Source: Enterobacteria phage phiC600P9. From it: a stretch of 64,000 nt of DNA. Shown piece by piece: positions 27,725 through 38,447 of the stretch. The notes under the pieces are model-generated. The model saw only the letters and a program-made list of their open reading frames with translations, ran no database searches and had not been told where the DNA came from. A program made the translations under genes and the position numbers. How positions within the stretch are numbered: position 1 is the stretch's first letter; each line of letters opens with the position of its first letter. The stretch lies in the sequence record MZ681930.1; one strand, 5' to 3'.

Positions 27725-28288
27725 TTACCATTCCAATGCTAGTTTTTTGAGTTGTTTCTGTTCTTTTACGTTCTTAGTCACTTCTTTCAAAAAATCATCC
27801 GTGACTAAACCTTTTAGTTCCTTTAATACTAAAGGAAGTTTTCCATTTTTAGTAAGAATTGATTTATAGTTAATTGCATCATTTGTATTAACTTGATACC
27901 GCTTAGCAAGTAACTTAATAATCAATACTTCAGTAGAATCTTCAACCAGTTTTGCCCATTTACCATATCTTTTACCCCGAGGAACAGCAGCCATCAGATA
28001 ATTAAAATGGGCTTCATCGCTTAAACCTGATCCAATTAAATTCATAGCATATACAGCTGGCATGCACTCAGGAAATTGTGATAATGCATTCTCAACCATG
28101 TATTTTGAATAATCTTTTTGAGCAATAGAGCATTTAGTTTTATTATTAATAGCTCCAATTATTTCAAAAAACTCATTTTCAGCTTTTTCTTTAAAAGAAT
28201 CAGCAGCAGATTGGACAGCTGTCCAATCTTTTGAATACCAAGCAACTTGATGCTCGTTTAATTGAATATCATCTTCAAATAAGCTCAT
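27725..28288 (-). CDS. 62: clamp loader small subunit
   Basis: 187-aa ORF coupled to gene 44. Confidence 0.8.
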   Translation of the reverse strand: MSLFEDDIQLNEHQVAWYSKDWTAVQSAADSFKEKAENEFFEIIGAINNKTKCSIAQKDYSKYMVENALSQFPECMPAVYAMNLIGSGLSDEAHFNYLMAAVPRGKRYGKWAKLVEDSTEVLIIKLLAKRYQVNTNDAINYKSILTKNGKLPLVLKELKGLVTDDFLKEVTKNVKEQKQLKKLALEW

Positions 28289-28289
28289 A

Positions 28290-29249
28290 TCACTTCCACT
28301 GCATTTCGCATGCCAATTGAATGAAAAGATATGCTAAATGTAATTCCGTATTAGCCGCAATTCCGTGATACTGGTTATTTTCACCAACAATTTCATACAT
28401 ACGAATAATACTTTGTGGAGTTACGCGTGTATAGATTTCTTCGGCAAGTTTACCTACGAACCACGAATAATCAGCTGCATATTTTGGTGCTAAAGCTCTG
28501 AGCTGTTTAACATCTTTATTTTTGAGAGATTCAAGAACATCATCAATAGCACCACGATCGTTAGTAACCAGTGATAAAATACCAGCATCCAAAACACCTT
28601 TAGATGAATAACTATCGAGCTCACCAATAGTTTTACGAAAATCAGGAAAATTCTTTTTAACCAAAGCTGCTACAACTTTCATATCAGCTATAGCAATTCC
28701 TTCATGCTTACAGATTTCAGTCAATCGACGAATCATCTGCTTCATCATTTCAATTTTATCTTCATCGGTCGGTTGACCGAACGTAATAACTCGGCAGCGT
28801 GACTGAAGCGGTTTAATAATACCATCAATATTGTTAGCAGTAATAATAATACTACAGTTTGAACTATAAGCTTCCATAAAGGAACGAAGATGTCGCTGAG
28901 ACTCTGCTAACCCTGAGCGGTCAAATTCATCAATAACAATTACTTTTTGACGACCATCAAATGAAGCTGCACTAGCAAAATTAGTCAAAGGACCGCGAAC
29001 GAAATCAATTTTACAATCTGACCCATTCACAAACATCATATCAGCATTTACATCATGACACAATGCTTTTGCTACGGTTGTTTTACCTGTTCCTGGAGAA
29101 GGAGAATGAAGAATAATATGTGGAATCTTACCTTTACTTGTAATAGATTTAAAGGTTTCTTTATCAAAGGCGGGAAGAATACATTCATCGATAGTAGATG
29201 GACGATATTTCTGTTCAAGAATGTGTTCTTTTTCATTTACAGTAATCAT
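28290..29249 (-). CDS. 44: clamp loader large subunit (AAA+)
   Basis: track ORF starts at TTG (29264); first ATG gives 319 aa as in T4 gp44; Walker [11 protein letters not shown], Walker B VIVIDEFD. Confidence 0.9.
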   Translation of the reverse strand: MITVNEKEHILEQKYRPSTIDECILPAFDKETFKSITSKGKIPHIILHSPSPGTGKTTVAKALCHDVNADMMFVNGSDCKIDFVRGPLTNFASAASFDGRQKVIVIDEFDRSGLAESQRHLRSFMEAYSSNCSIIITANNIDGIIKPLQSRCRVITFGQPTDEDKIEMMKQMIRRLTEICKHEGIAIADMKVVAALVKKNFPDFRKTIGELDSYSSKGVLDAGILSLVTNDRGAIDDVLESLKNKDVKQLRALAPKYAADYSWFVGKLAEEIYTRVTPQSIIRMYEIVGENNQYHGIAANTELHLAYLFIQLACEMQWK

Positions 29250-29280
29250 AATTTCCTCATTCAAGTTTTAGTGTAAATTA

Positions 29281-29300
29281 TAAAGGGCCGAAGCCCTTTA
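29281..29300 (-). promoter_or_regulatory. UUCG-tetraloop RNA hairpin between genes 45 and 44
   Basis: taaagggccgaagcccttta inverted repeat. Confidence 0.5.
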
Positions 29301-29987
29301 TTAAAAATCGTGGGTAGAATCAGCTTCAAGAGCTACTACATAATTCGCGTGTTCACCTTCAAATTTAGCAGCACCTTGTTTACCTTTTGCCCAGAGCAGA
29401 AGCTTATAATTTCCTGGTTGCATTTTCATATTTGCCATATTGATAATGAAATTAAATGTATTTTCACCATCATAATCACCAAGAGTCAAAGAATATTTAA
29501 CACGGGTCAAAGCAGAATCTTCTACTTTATTAAAACCGTTAATTACGATTTTACCTTCTTTTACTGTGATAGCAATTGTATCAATCTGCAGACCGCGAGA
29601 TACACGCAACAGCTGCTGAAGGTCTTCAGCTTTAATTTCAGTAACAACAGATGCTACCGGGAATGGAATTGGTTTATTAGGAGCAACTACTGTACTCGGA
29701 TCGGCTGCTGGCCAAAAAATTGTTGAACGGGCATCAGCAATTTTAATATTACCATCTTCTGACTGAGAAATTTCTGCATCGTCATTAACTAGAGACAGAA
29801 TACCGAGAAAACCGTTCAAATCGTAAATTGCTACATCAAAATCAATAGTGTCAGAAATATTTGCTTCCGCATAAGTTGTACCATTAACTGCGCGAGTCAT
29901 AATAAATTGACCGGATTTAAGCATAATACCAGAGTTAATAGTAGCGAAATTTTTAAGCAGAGCAGTAGTATCTTTAGACAGTTTCAT
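29301..29987 (-). CDS. 45: sliding clamp
   Basis: 228-aa ORF, T4 gp45 length and position. Confidence 0.85.
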   Translation of the reverse strand: MKLSKDTTALLKNFATINSGIMLKSGQFIMTRAVNGTTYAEANISDTIDFDVAIYDLNGFLGILSLVNDDAEISQSEDGNIKIADARSTIFWPAADPSTVVAPNKPIPFPVASVVTEIKAEDLQQLLRVSRGLQIDTIAITVKEGKIVINGFNKVEDSALTRVKYSLTLGDYDGENTFNFIINMANMKMQPGNYKLLLWAKGKQGAAKFEGEHANYVVALEADSTHDF

Positions 29988-30016
29988 GTAATTTCCTTCA
30001 ATTCAAATGAGATTTA

Positions 30017-30041
30017 ATTTTATAACTAATTTAATAAAGCA
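30017..30041 (-). promoter_or_regulatory. middle promoter (MotA box TTGCTTTA + 12 nt + TAAAAT) for gene 45
   Basis: minus strand AATTGCTTTATTAAATTAGTTATAAAAT. Confidence 0.5.
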
Positions 30042-30042
30042 A

Positions 30043-30432
30043 TTAACGATTAAAATCAGCAGCAATTGTTTCCGCAACAATTTGAGCAGCAACAATTAGA
30101 CGTTCATCTGCATTACCACAATAATCGTCTTCAAGGCGTTCACCACATGAAGTCATAATAAATTTGGCACCAGCGTTTAGAGATTCTGCCGTATGTTTGC
30201 GCATCAGTTCAATCCATTTATCACTCACTTCACGATCGATAGCTTCATAATACGCATGACGAGCAGGTGCAGATTTAATTTTATTCTGAATAACTTCCAT
30301 TGCGTTATCAGAAAGAGACAAAACCCATGCTCGACGAATTTTATTTTGGTTTTGCGGATTTGATTCAGAACGCACGTGTTTTGGCTGAATATCTTTTACA
30401 TCAACAGTATAATTCACAGTAATTTTAGTCAT
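30043..30432 (-). CDS. rpbA: RNA polymerase-binding protein RpbA
   Basis: 129-aa ORF, T4 RpbA length and position. Confidence 0.7.
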   Translation of the reverse strand: MTKITVNYTVDVKDIQPKHVRSESNPQNQNKIRRAWVLSLSDNAMEVIQNKIKSAPARHAYYEAIDREVSDKWIELMRKHTAESLNAGAKFIMTSCGERLEDDYCGNADERLIVAAQIVAETIAADFNR

Positions 30433-30441
30433 AATACACCT

Positions 30442-30630
30442 TTAGTCATAATAATCAGTAACAGTCCAAGCTTCATTTCTGTTGGACATTATTTTCGTAT
30501 ATTCTGATTTAAATGCATTCTTAAGCATAGATTCAGTAACTATATGCTCTTCATTAGAAAAATTATTTCTCAGAATATATCGTTTTATTTCAGGAATAGT
30601 TAATAGATGCTGTCCAGTTGAATATTCCAT
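30442..30630 (-). CDS. small hypothetical protein
   Basis: 62-aa ORF. Confidence 0.45.
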   Translation of the reverse strand: MEYSTGQHLLTIPEIKRYILRNNFSNEEHIVTESMLKNAFKSEYTKIMSNRNEAWTVTDYYD

Positions 30631-30685
30631 GTTTTTCCTCCATAGAGATTATACTCTAATAAATTAAAGCATAATCTCTTATAAA

Positions 30686-32368
30686 TTAAACCATTACAGT
30701 AAATCGACCAACTTTCTTCATTTGAAGATGCTGACCATATTCTTGCGGGTCATGGTCTTTATGCGAAATTATAAAAACATTAGTATTTTTCATTGAATTT
30801 ATAATATTAGCTACGCCTTTGATACCTTCGGCATCAAATGACCCATCAAACACTTCATCAAGAATTAATGTACTAATACTAACACCAGATACGATAGAAG
30901 CAATATCACGCCAAGTAAATAAAAGAGCAATATCGATTCGTGCTTTTTCACCTTCACTAAATGAAGCATAACTAAAATCTTCACGACCACGGGATTTAAT
31001 TGTCTCATTAAATTCTTCATCTAATGTAAACACATAATCCGCTTCCATTATTTTAAGATAATGGTTAATCTGCTTATTAAATAATGGAATGTACTTTTTA
31101 ATAATAGCACCTTTAATACCAGAATCTTTGAGCATGTCAGTCAAAATTCCTCTGTGGTATTTTTCCATTACTAAATTAGTTTTTGTCTTAACAATTTTAT
31201 CAAGTTCTTCTTGAAGCAGTGCTATTTCATCAGCATGGTCAATAAACTCAGATGATGCTTTTTCTATAGCCGCTTTAACCTTTTTAGCTTTATCTACCGT
31301 CGTGATTAAGGATTGCTTTTTATTGCGAATATCATTTGCCAACGTCTGCTGGGTTTTAATATTATCTCGGTATTCATCAACGAGAACTTTTAAATTATCA
31401 CGATGTGTTGAAAGCTGTTCAAACGAATGCGTGCATTCAGAAACTTTATCTTTAATTTTAGAAACAACTTTATCACCGGAACTTAATTGTGACAAACAGG
31501 TTGGACATAATCCACCTTCGTGATACATATTAATGACTTTATTATACGAGTCAATTTTTGATTTAATTAAAAATGCTTCTTGACCGATTTTATTAAATGC
31601 ATCAGTCGGGTCTTCATCCAAAACAATATTAACTAATCTTTCATTAGCTTCTTCTATTTCCGATTTTAGCGTTCTAGCTTCTTTTGCCAAATCGTCATAC
31701 ATATTCTGCAGACGAGTAAGGTTTTCACCAGACAATTTTTTCTGGCGTTCAACGTTATCATTATATATTTTAATTTGTTGGATAATACTATCTTTTTTAA
31801 CATCAAGCACTTGGTTTTGTGAATTTAATTCACGTATTAGTGCTTTATTAAGCTTATCCATTTCAGCTAATGTTCCTACCTCGAGCAGGTCTTCGACGAG
31901 TTTTCTTCTTGCAGGAGTGGATAGGCCCATAAAAGGGGTATATCCAGCCGTGCCGAGTACGACGATCTGTTTGAAACTGGCGTATGACATTCCGATAAGC
32001 TGTTCAAATTCTGCTTGGAAATCTTTACTGCTGGCAGATTCATTAAGACGTGTACCGTTAACGGTGATTTCGAAAACGTTTGGTTTTTGTCCTCTTTTGA
32101 TATAGTACTTTTTCTCATCATATTCCATCCACAGCTCAACTAAAAGTTCTTTCTTATTTGTGCTGTTTATTAATTGACCTTTCTTTACATCACGAAATGG
32201 CTTGCCAAAAAGCCCAAATGTGATGGCTTCTAACATAGTAGACTTACCACCGCCATTTCGTCCAGTGATAAGAGTTTTTTGAACCTTATCTAGTTGAATG
32301 TCAATAGGATTTCCGCCTACTGACATTATATTTTGATACCTAACTCGGTTTAGTTTAAAATTCTTCAC
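30686..32368 (-). CDS. 46: recombination nuclease ATPase subunit (Rad50/SbcC-like)
   Basis: 560-aa ORF; Walker A GRNGGGKST, coiled-coil with CPTC hook, signature and D-loop motifs. Confidence 0.9.
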   Translation of the reverse strand: MKNFKLNRVRYQNIMSVGGNPIDIQLDKVQKTLITGRNGGGKSTMLEAITFGLFGKPFRDVKKGQLINSTNKKELLVELWMEYDEKKYYIKRGQKPNVFEITVNGTRLNESASSKDFQAEFEQLIGMSYASFKQIVVLGTAGYTPFMGLSTPARRKLVEDLLEVGTLAEMDKLNKALIRELNSQNQVLDVKKDSIIQQIKIYNDNVERQKKLSGENLTRLQNMYDDLAKEARTLKSEIEEANERLVNIVLDEDPTDAFNKIGQEAFLIKSKIDSYNKVINMYHEGGLCPTCLSQLSSGDKVVSKIKDKVSECTHSFEQLSTHRDNLKVLVDEYRDNIKTQQTLANDIRNKKQSLITTVDKAKKVKAAIEKASSEFIDHADEIALLQEELDKIVKTKTNLVMEKYHRGILTDMLKDSGIKGAIIKKYIPLFNKQINHYLKIMEADYVFTLDEEFNETIKSRGREDFSYASFSEGEKARIDIALLFTWRDIASIVSGVSISTLILDEVFDGSFDAEGIKGVANIINSMKNTNVFIISHKDHDPQEYGQHLQMKKVGRFTVMV

Positions 32369-32628
32369 AAAAGATTCCTTTTAATGTATCTTTTAGACCA
32401 TTCTATCATATCATCATAATCTAAAAAGTATTCATCAAATTCAGCCATGCAAACAACACCTTGCGCTGCTTTTGATGTGATATAAATTATTCCAACATAT
32501 CTAGAATCTTCCTCGGTGTAATCAATATTTGCTATGAATTCATCATTAATGTCAAATGTCGAAAACTTCACAGTATGCATCCTTAATACAAGATACAGCC
32601 ATATCTTGTAATGATTTAGGTGTGTCAT
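32365..32628 (-). CDS. small hypothetical protein (46.1-like)
   Basis: 87-aa ORF; overlaps next ORF, starts uncertain. Confidence 0.45.
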   Translation of the reverse strand: MTHLNHYKIWLYLVLRMHTVKFSTFDINDEFIANIDYTEEDSRYVGIIYITSKAAQGVVCMAEFDEYFLDYDDMIEWSKRYIKRNLL

Positions 32629-32815
32629 TATCTAAAATGTTGAAGTTAAAAGATACAGCCCAGTCAGTGCAGACCGTAACCTTTTTAATACAATTATCTT
32701 CAACCTCTAACGGTTCAAACCAATATTCAATAATTTCTTTATGACCAATATCATCTTTTACTTCGCATTCAAAATGCTGACTCATCATAACATTTTTAAA
32801 TTCATCAAAAGTCAT
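32552..32815 (-). CDS. small hypothetical protein (46.2-like)
   Basis: 87-aa ORF coupled to gene 47. Confidence 0.45.
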   Translation of the reverse strand: MTFDEFKNVMMSQHFECEVKDDIGHKEIIEYWFEPLEVEDNCIKKVTVCTDWAVSFNFNILDNDTPKSLQDMAVSCIKDAYCEVFDI

Positions 32816-33831
32816 TGTGTTGCCTCTACATATAACTGATTTGCATATTGAATAAGTGCTTCGCGGTCAGAATCAGTGATGTCTGGAATTGCATTAATGT
32901 ATTCTTCCATCAACGTCTGAAGAGATTGAACTTCAACTTCTTCGCTATCATCTGACTCGACAGAGTTATCAATTTTTGACACAACTCGTAATGAATGCAC
33001 AACTTTTTCTAGTTCAGATTCGAACTTCGTTAGATTTTTGTCTACTTCAGTTACTATAACACGTACTGATAGATTTGTAAAATCTTTATAGTCAATTTTT
33101 CCCTTAAATGGATATTGAATTCGACGATGCCAGGTAGTGTTGTTTGGAATAAATTCCATTCGTTCTGTTTCTGTATCAAACATCCAGAACCCGCGAGGGT
33201 CATTCTCGTCACCTGCAGTTAATGTCCATGGTGTCCCAATATATCTAACGTTAGCAGCCTCAGAGATAGTATGGAAGTGACCAGACCACACTTCTTTGTA
33301 AGTCTTAAGGAAATCAGGTTCAAGACCGTGAGATTTCATTCCTTTATAAAAATAAAATCCATTCAGTTCCCAGTGACCAACACAAAAAGAAGCAGATGAA
33401 GTTTTGATGTGTTCAAGAATTTCACCAGTATTTTCTTCACACATCCAAGGAATTAAATCAATCAAACATCCGTCAAAATCTACTGTAGTAGGCTTATCAT
33501 ATACTTTAACATTAGGATATTTAGCCAAAAGCTCAGTAGAAGCATTTGGATGCATTACATTTTTATAGTGGAGATCGTGATTTCCTACAATAGTATGTAA
33601 TGTGATTCCAGCGTCATCAAGCATTTGAACTATTTCACGGGCAAACTCCATAGTTTTATGCGTGATCGCTTTTCGTACATCAAAAATATCACCGTATTGA
33701 ATCCATACAGTAATTCCATTTTTCTTAGAATATTCTATCGCTTGCTTAATTCCGTCAAGTTGAATACCGCGAATCCATTCATCATCAGCTTTAACGCCTA
33801 AATGCCAATCACCCAAGTTTAGTATTTTCAT
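32812..33831 (-). CDS. 47: recombination nuclease subunit (Mre11/SbcD-like phosphoesterase)
   Basis: 339-aa ORF; calcineurin-like phosphoesterase motifs (GDWHLG, GDIFD, GNHD). Confidence 0.9.
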   Translation of the reverse strand: MKILNLGDWHLGVKADDEWIRGIQLDGIKQAIEYSKKNGITVWIQYGDIFDVRKAITHKTMEFAREIVQMLDDAGITLHTIVGNHDLHYKNVMHPNASTELLAKYPNVKVYDKPTTVDFDGCLIDLIPWMCEENTGEILEHIKTSSASFCVGHWELNGFYFYKGMKSHGLEPDFLKTYKEVWSGHFHTISEAANVRYIGTPWTLTAGDENDPRGFWMFDTETERMEFIPNNTTWHRRIQYPFKGKIDYKDFTNLSVRVIVTEVDKNLTKFESELEKVVHSLRVVSKIDNSVESDDSEEVEVQSLQTLMEEYINAIPDITDSDREALIQYANQLYVEATQ

Positions 33832-34432
33832 GGTGTCTTTTCCATCCTAATTTAGCTGCTTTTGAAACTAGTTCTTTAATTTTTCCTTTTGTCCATTCAG
33901 GACCAGGAGGTTCATGACATAACATTTGCTTAACTCCGTTATTATACCATTTTTTACCTTTATTATGCGATGAAGCTTTAAATTTATTTGACCTTCCTTT
34001 TACATAGCCTTCTGGAATATACGGTAAAAAGGCAGATTTTCCTGTTAATGGGTCATGTGAATGTATGTTTCCTTTACAATTATGAGAACCATATAATGGA
34101 TGATTTTGTCCTTTAATATCTCTTCCAAATGAACCTTTTGGAGCAGCATATGACATATTAAAGAATAATGGATTTTTAACCGCATCATGCAAACGTTGAT
34201 AATATAACTCACATTTAATAGCTTCTTCGCGCGTATCAAATTCATCTAAAATGCATGAATCAAATAAATGTGGGTTATCTGAAAGTTCTTCATTATAAAT
34301 TTTCTTATACTTTTTAGATAAAACTGATCCATGATATCCGGCTAAATGCCTATCTAAAGATGTAGATCCAATATAAAAAGGAGGAAGTTTATCTCCACTA
34401 TATATTGTTAAATAAGTTATATATTTTTTCAT
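33809..34432 (-). CDS. GIY-YIG-like protein (possible Seg-type homing endonuclease or degenerate relative)
   Basis: 207-aa ORF with TIY-x9-YIGST-x2-LDRH and downstream Glu/Asn resembling the GIY-YIG core; overlaps gene 47 start by 23 nt. Confidence 0.5.
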   Translation of the reverse strand: MKKYITYLTIYSGDKLPPFYIGSTSLDRHLAGYHGSVLSKKYKKIYNEELSDNPHLFDSCILDEFDTREEAIKCELYYQRLHDAVKNPLFFNMSYAAPKGSFGRDIKGQNHPLYGSHNCKGNIHSHDPLTGKSAFLPYIPEGYVKGRSNKFKASSHNKGKKWYNNGVKQMLCHEPPGPEWTKGKIKELVSKAAKLGWKRHHENTKLG

Positions 34433-34590
34433 ATATCAAGAACCGTCATTGAAATGCAAAATAAAATTATTGAAATAAATCCATCTGGAGTGCTAAAGAA
34501 CCCAATCCAGCACGCTCTAGTGAATAGATAAAATGCAAGAAAAAGTATCACATATCCAAGAAATATCATTATATCAAACTCCGTATAAAG

Positions 34591-34608
34591 CTAAAGGGCC
34601 GAAGCCCT
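34591..34608 (-). promoter_or_regulatory. UUCG-tetraloop RNA hairpin at the alpha-gt 3' end
   Basis: aaagggccgaagcccttt inverted repeat. Confidence 0.5.
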
Positions 34609-35811
34609 TTATTTTGTAATAATGTCAAACTGTTCTTTAAAGCAGAAGCTTGAATCTTGATGTTGATACAAAAATTCATACGCTTTTTCTCGCTCACGGT
34701 CATAAAGAGCTCGGTCAGATGACAGTTCTTTAATACGTTCAAATGTTGATTCCATGTCATTTTCATCAAACCAAACGATACCGCTATCATGAGAAATTAA
34801 CGGAGTATTATCAACACGGAATTTTAAATTTTCGCCAGTAGATTTCCAAAATACTGGAATTGTTCCGCATGCACCAAGCTCGAGATGAGTATATTCTAAA
34901 GAACGCTGTAGATATTTTTTATCTAATTTACTCAGCTGATAACCAAATCCGGATTTACTCATGCGTTCAAGCATTTCGCTATTTACATAACGGTCGAGAA
35001 TTTGCGTTGGCAAATTAGGAGCAATTTTAATTTGGTCTACTTGATGAAGACGATAATACTCGTATGGAATTCCTTTTTCTTTAATAGGAATGAACGCTGG
35101 AGAACGTTCCAGACCTTCCATAATAGTACTTAGTCCTGCAGGTTTAAGATGTTTTTCATGAAAATCAAACATCTGATAAAAGCCTTTCCATGTAGTAGTA
35201 CGACCAATCCAACGGTTGATATTCATGTTAATTTCAGAAACATCTTTCCAGTAGGTTGATCGAACCTTCGCAATATCCATAGGAGGCTGAAAGTTATATA
35301 CGGTCGGTGCTTCTTCAATATCATCAAACAGAGAAACTGTTTCTGGATACCATTCTTTCATTAAAACTTTATTAAAATCGCCATTATCAGAATGGCTAAA
35401 AATAACATCAGCTCGACGAACAGTTTCTTCTAATCCCAAATTTCGACGCAAAGAAAGAGAAGAATGGTCATGCTGATAAACTACAACACGAACCGAAGGT
35501 TTAATGTTATCAATAATTTTTTTATAGTTATTAATTGTGTCTTCTTCGACTGAAGTAGCAGGAACTGAATTGATAACTAGAATATCACAATCATTTACCA
35601 GCTTAAGTGTTTTATCGTATTCTTTTGCCAATAAAACCGGAATTGAAAATGACTTATAATCATGTGCGCAATTACGAGTAAATGATTTATCTTTAGCATA
35701 AACCAAAGTTACTTCATGACCATTTTTAATAAACCAATCACGTTGCTCAAGAGAAAATTTAGTTACACCGCAACCTTCAAGACCTCGAGCCATAAAAATA
35801 CATACTTTCAT
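34609..35811 (-). CDS. a-gt: DNA alpha-glucosyltransferase
   Basis: 400-aa ORF, N-terminus near-identical to T4 alpha-gt as recalled. Confidence 0.9.
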   Translation of the reverse strand: MKVCIFMARGLEGCGVTKFSLEQRDWFIKNGHEVTLVYAKDKSFTRNCAHDYKSFSIPVLLAKEYDKTLKLVNDCDILVINSVPATSVEEDTINNYKKIIDNIKPSVRVVVYQHDHSSLSLRRNLGLEETVRRADVIFSHSDNGDFNKVLMKEWYPETVSLFDDIEEAPTVYNFQPPMDIAKVRSTYWKDVSEINMNINRWIGRTTTWKGFYQMFDFHEKHLKPAGLSTIMEGLERSPAFIPIKEKGIPYEYYRLHQVDQIKIAPNLPTQILDRYVNSEMLERMSKSGFGYQLSKLDKKYLQRSLEYTHLELGACGTIPVFWKSTGENLKFRVDNTPLISHDSGIVWFDENDMESTFERIKELSSDRALYDREREKAYEFLYQHQDSSFCFKEQFDIITK

Positions 35812-35826
35812 TTAATATCCTCATTG

Positions 35827-35850
35827 TTTTGGTTTATTTTACCAAAAATT
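35827..35850 (-). promoter_or_regulatory. middle promoter (MotA box TTGCTTTA + 11 nt + TAAAAT) for alpha-gt
   Basis: minus strand TATTGCTTTATAAATTTTTGGTAAAAT. Confidence 0.5.
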
Positions 35851-35852
35851 TA

Positions 35853-35872
35853 TAAAGCAATATAGGAGCCGA
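35853..35872 (-). promoter_or_regulatory. UUCG-tetraloop RNA hairpin
   Basis: ataggagccgaagctcctat inverted repeat. Confidence 0.5.
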
Positions 35873-36054
35873 AGCTCCTATCCGCATAATACGCCATACA
35901 GAGGCTCATTAGAGCTTCTAAATTTTATACGCTTATATGTTATAGTTCCTTCTGCTTTAGCTTTATCATGAGACTCTTTAAAGCGTCTCATCATTTCTAC
36001 TTTAGAGGAACGAATTTTATTATAATCTATTTCACAAGTCTGGGCGTTCATCTT

Positions 36055-36261
36055 TCACAGTTGCCACCATTTTTTGACTTGATAAGAATCAACCCACACT
36101 TTCATATTAGGGTCTGCTCTTACAATAGGAGGATTAACTTCTTTGATTGAACTATCATGGTATTCTTTTTCAGAAATTTTCACGCAAAGATGACCATTCA
36201 AAGATTCAGTAAATCCTGCATTAATTTTAAGACGCTTGAATTTTACGTGTGTAAGCATCAA
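36055..36261 (-). CDS. small hypothetical protein
   Basis: 68-aa ORF. Confidence 0.4.
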   Translation of the reverse strand: MMLTHVKFKRLKINAGFTESLNGHLCVKISEKEYHDSSIKEVNPPIVRADPNMKVWVDSYQVKKWWQL

Positions 36262-36544
36262 TCATATCCTCAATCTGCGATCTAGTAGTCTTCCAAAGAA
36301 TACTAATAAGTTCATCGTTATATGGCTGTTTTAGAATATCCCGACTTTTCTTGATAGCATATTCGTATTGAGCAAAATTATTGTTTTCAGCTGCAATCTG
36401 AGCGTGTTTATAAAGACGGTTCAGTTCGCGTTTGTTTTTAGACAATAACTTATTTGCTTTTCTTTCTGCTTCAAGACGGTTCTTTTCTTCAATAGAAGAA
36501 ATAAGCTTTTCCACTTCATCATTAATTTCGGGTTTATCAGTCAT
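36227..36544 (-). CDS. hypothetical protein
   Basis: 105-aa ORF. Confidence 0.5.
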   Translation of the reverse strand: MTDKPEINDEVEKLISSIEEKNRLEAERKANKLLSKNKRELNRLYKHAQIAAENNNFAQYEYAIKKSRDILKQPYNDELISILWKTTRSQIEDMIDAYTRKIQAS

Positions 36545-36545
36545 A

Positions 36546-36764
36546 TTATTTCTCTAATATAAAATAAAAATCATCATCTGTTAAATGATACCGATAGTTT
36601 AATTCTACACCATTAGATTTAAAAGCGGTATCATACGGATTTTCTGGATCAATATCAATGTCAAGAGCTAAAACTTCCCTGAGATACATTTTAAGTAAAT
36701 AGGGAATAGCTTCAACTTCAGGTATTTCTTCCAAGAATCCGGAGAGGTTAATCGTTAGCCTCAT
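36546..36764 (-). CDS. small hypothetical protein
   Basis: 72-aa ORF coupled to gene 55. Confidence 0.5.
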
Positions 36765-37311
36765 ATAAAAAATCCAAACTAGGAGAATCGTCTACAACAC
36801 TTTTCTTTTCAGCCCCCGGTGTTCTATAGGTTGATTCTTCGTAATGCGTCATTTTATCGTAGATGTCTTGAATAAAAGTTTCATCTACTAACGCAACCAT
36901 ATCGTCGTCACGACTGTCATAGACATTGTGAACGAAGTAACTATATTTCTTTGCAACTTCCTTACGTTCTTTTTTAATACGTTGGACGAATGCATTAAAA
37001 CAAGCTTGAGTTATATATGCATGTGGGTTTTTATATTTCGTTTCATCAAAATTATGAAGCCCCTTAATAGAAGCTTCTATACCATCTGCAATCATTTCTT
37101 GTTTCCAAGATTGGGTGTATCCTGAAAAGTTGAAACGTTTAGATAAGCCTTCTGCAATAAGCATAATGGCTAATCCGATAGTATCATTCTGACGAACTAC
37201 TTTATTTGGGTCTTTATTATTTGCTAATTCTGTTTTCCAATCAATAATAGCTTGTAAAAGCTCTTTATTGTTTACGTAATTATATTTAGGCTTAGTTTCT
37301 GACATTTTCAC
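36748..37311 (-). CDS. 55: late-transcription sigma factor gp55
   Basis: 187-aa ORF closely matching T4 gp55 length and position. Confidence 0.85.
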
Positions 37312-37329
37312 CTCTTAGCTCAATTCATA

Positions 37330-37375
37330 GATCTATTATATCATAATATTTGAAGATCTATCTTAAAGCATAGAG
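37330..37375 (-). promoter_or_regulatory. promoter region for gene 55 (MotA-box-like TGCTTTA and extended -10 TGATATAAT) inside an imperfect palindrome
   Basis: minus strand TATGCTTTAAGATAGATCTTCAAATATTATGATATAATAGATCTATG. Confidence 0.35.
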
Positions 37376-37383
37376 GATATCAG

Positions 37384-37653
37384 TTATCTAAGTAAACAGT
37401 ATGCTTGGAATACTTTCTCCATCATCTTTTTAAATTCATGAATATCTATATAATGACTAGTTAAATCAGCATGATATAAAAAGTCTAAAAACTTTTCATG
37501 TGTGCTAACATATTCGCTTTCATTTAATTCAGAAACATGGCTTTCCCAATATCCAACACCAGTCTTATTTGGGAAAAATGAAATTTTCATGTATTGGTCA
37601 ACATAGAAAATGCCATAATTTTCAATAGTAATAGAAATATTAATAAATTTCAT
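37384..37653 (-). CDS. hypothetical protein
   Basis: 89-aa ORF. Confidence 0.5.
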   Translation of the reverse strand: MKFINISITIENYGIFYVDQYMKISFFPNKTGVGYWESHVSELNESEYVSTHEKFLDFLYHADLTSHYIDIHEFKKMMEKVFQAYCLLR

Positions 37654-37865
37654 ACATTCATCAACTTAGCCGCTTCGAGAGCTGCATCTAGTGAATCAAA
37701 TTGGTCAACGTATTCAATCAATTCGCCGTAATTAGCGTATAACCACCATTGGCTAAATTCATACTCAAGGATGAATCCATTTCCTTCAATTTGAGTTAAA
37801 CCAATGCCGTTTGTATTTACTTCATATCCGGCAAGACGCAAATCGTTAATAAGAGCTTCATTCAT
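37650..37865 (-). CDS. small hypothetical protein
   Basis: 71-aa ORF. Confidence 0.5.
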   Translation of the reverse strand: MNEALINDLRLAGYEVNTNGIGLTQIEGNGFILEYEFSQWWLYANYGELIEYVDQFDSLDAALEAAKLMNV

Positions 37866-37867
37866 AA

Positions 37868-38194
37868 TTATGCCTTAGTAATTTTCAGATCAGCAAATTT
37901 TTTCTTGCGTTGATTTTTCATACGACGAATAGTTTTATCAGAAATTTCATGCTTTTGATAAGCTTTAGATTCTACACCAAAAGCTTTAACATCAAATTCT
38001 GACAAGATATATTGAACCAACAATTCACGGACAGTATTGCGTCCAATTTTCTGATCATTCTGTTTCATCGTCTGATGAAGCTCTTTTTCCCATTTATCCA
38101 AAATTTGAGGAGTTACAATATCGCCTTTTTCTAGCAGAGAAACTACTTTATCATATGCGTAAGAATTGATGGCGTTTTTAATTTGAATAGTCAT
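37868..38194 (-). CDS. hypothetical protein
   Basis: 108-aa ORF. Confidence 0.5.
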   Translation of the reverse strand: MTIQIKNAINSYAYDKVVSLLEKGDIVTPQILDKWEKELHQTMKQNDQKIGRNTVRELLVQYILSEFDVKAFGVESKAYQKHEISDKTIRRMKNQRKKKFADLKITKA

Positions 38195-38246
38195 ACATTA
38201 TCCTCAATTACGTTAAAATTTTATTATCCAAAAAGGGCCGAAGCCC

Positions 38247-38447
38247 TTAGCTAAACTGTTTGGCACCCTTCCAGCCTTCATACATCATTGCGGCTGATAT
38301 TAATATTGCTCCTGCGCATTTTGAATATTTGTGATTCCAAAACCAGTTCAGAAAAACTTCGTCATCAATACCTTGGGCTATCATATTTTCAAAGAACTGA
38401 CGACGAGCTTCGGCAATTCGTTGCGATAATTTAGATTCAGGATTCAT
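38247..38447 (-). CDS. small hypothetical protein
   Basis: 66-aa ORF; UUCG hairpin just downstream (about 38229..38250). Confidence 0.45.
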   Translation of the reverse strand: MNPESKLSQRIAEARRQFFENMIAQGIDDEVFLNWFWNHKYSKCAGAILISAAMMYEGWKGAKQFS

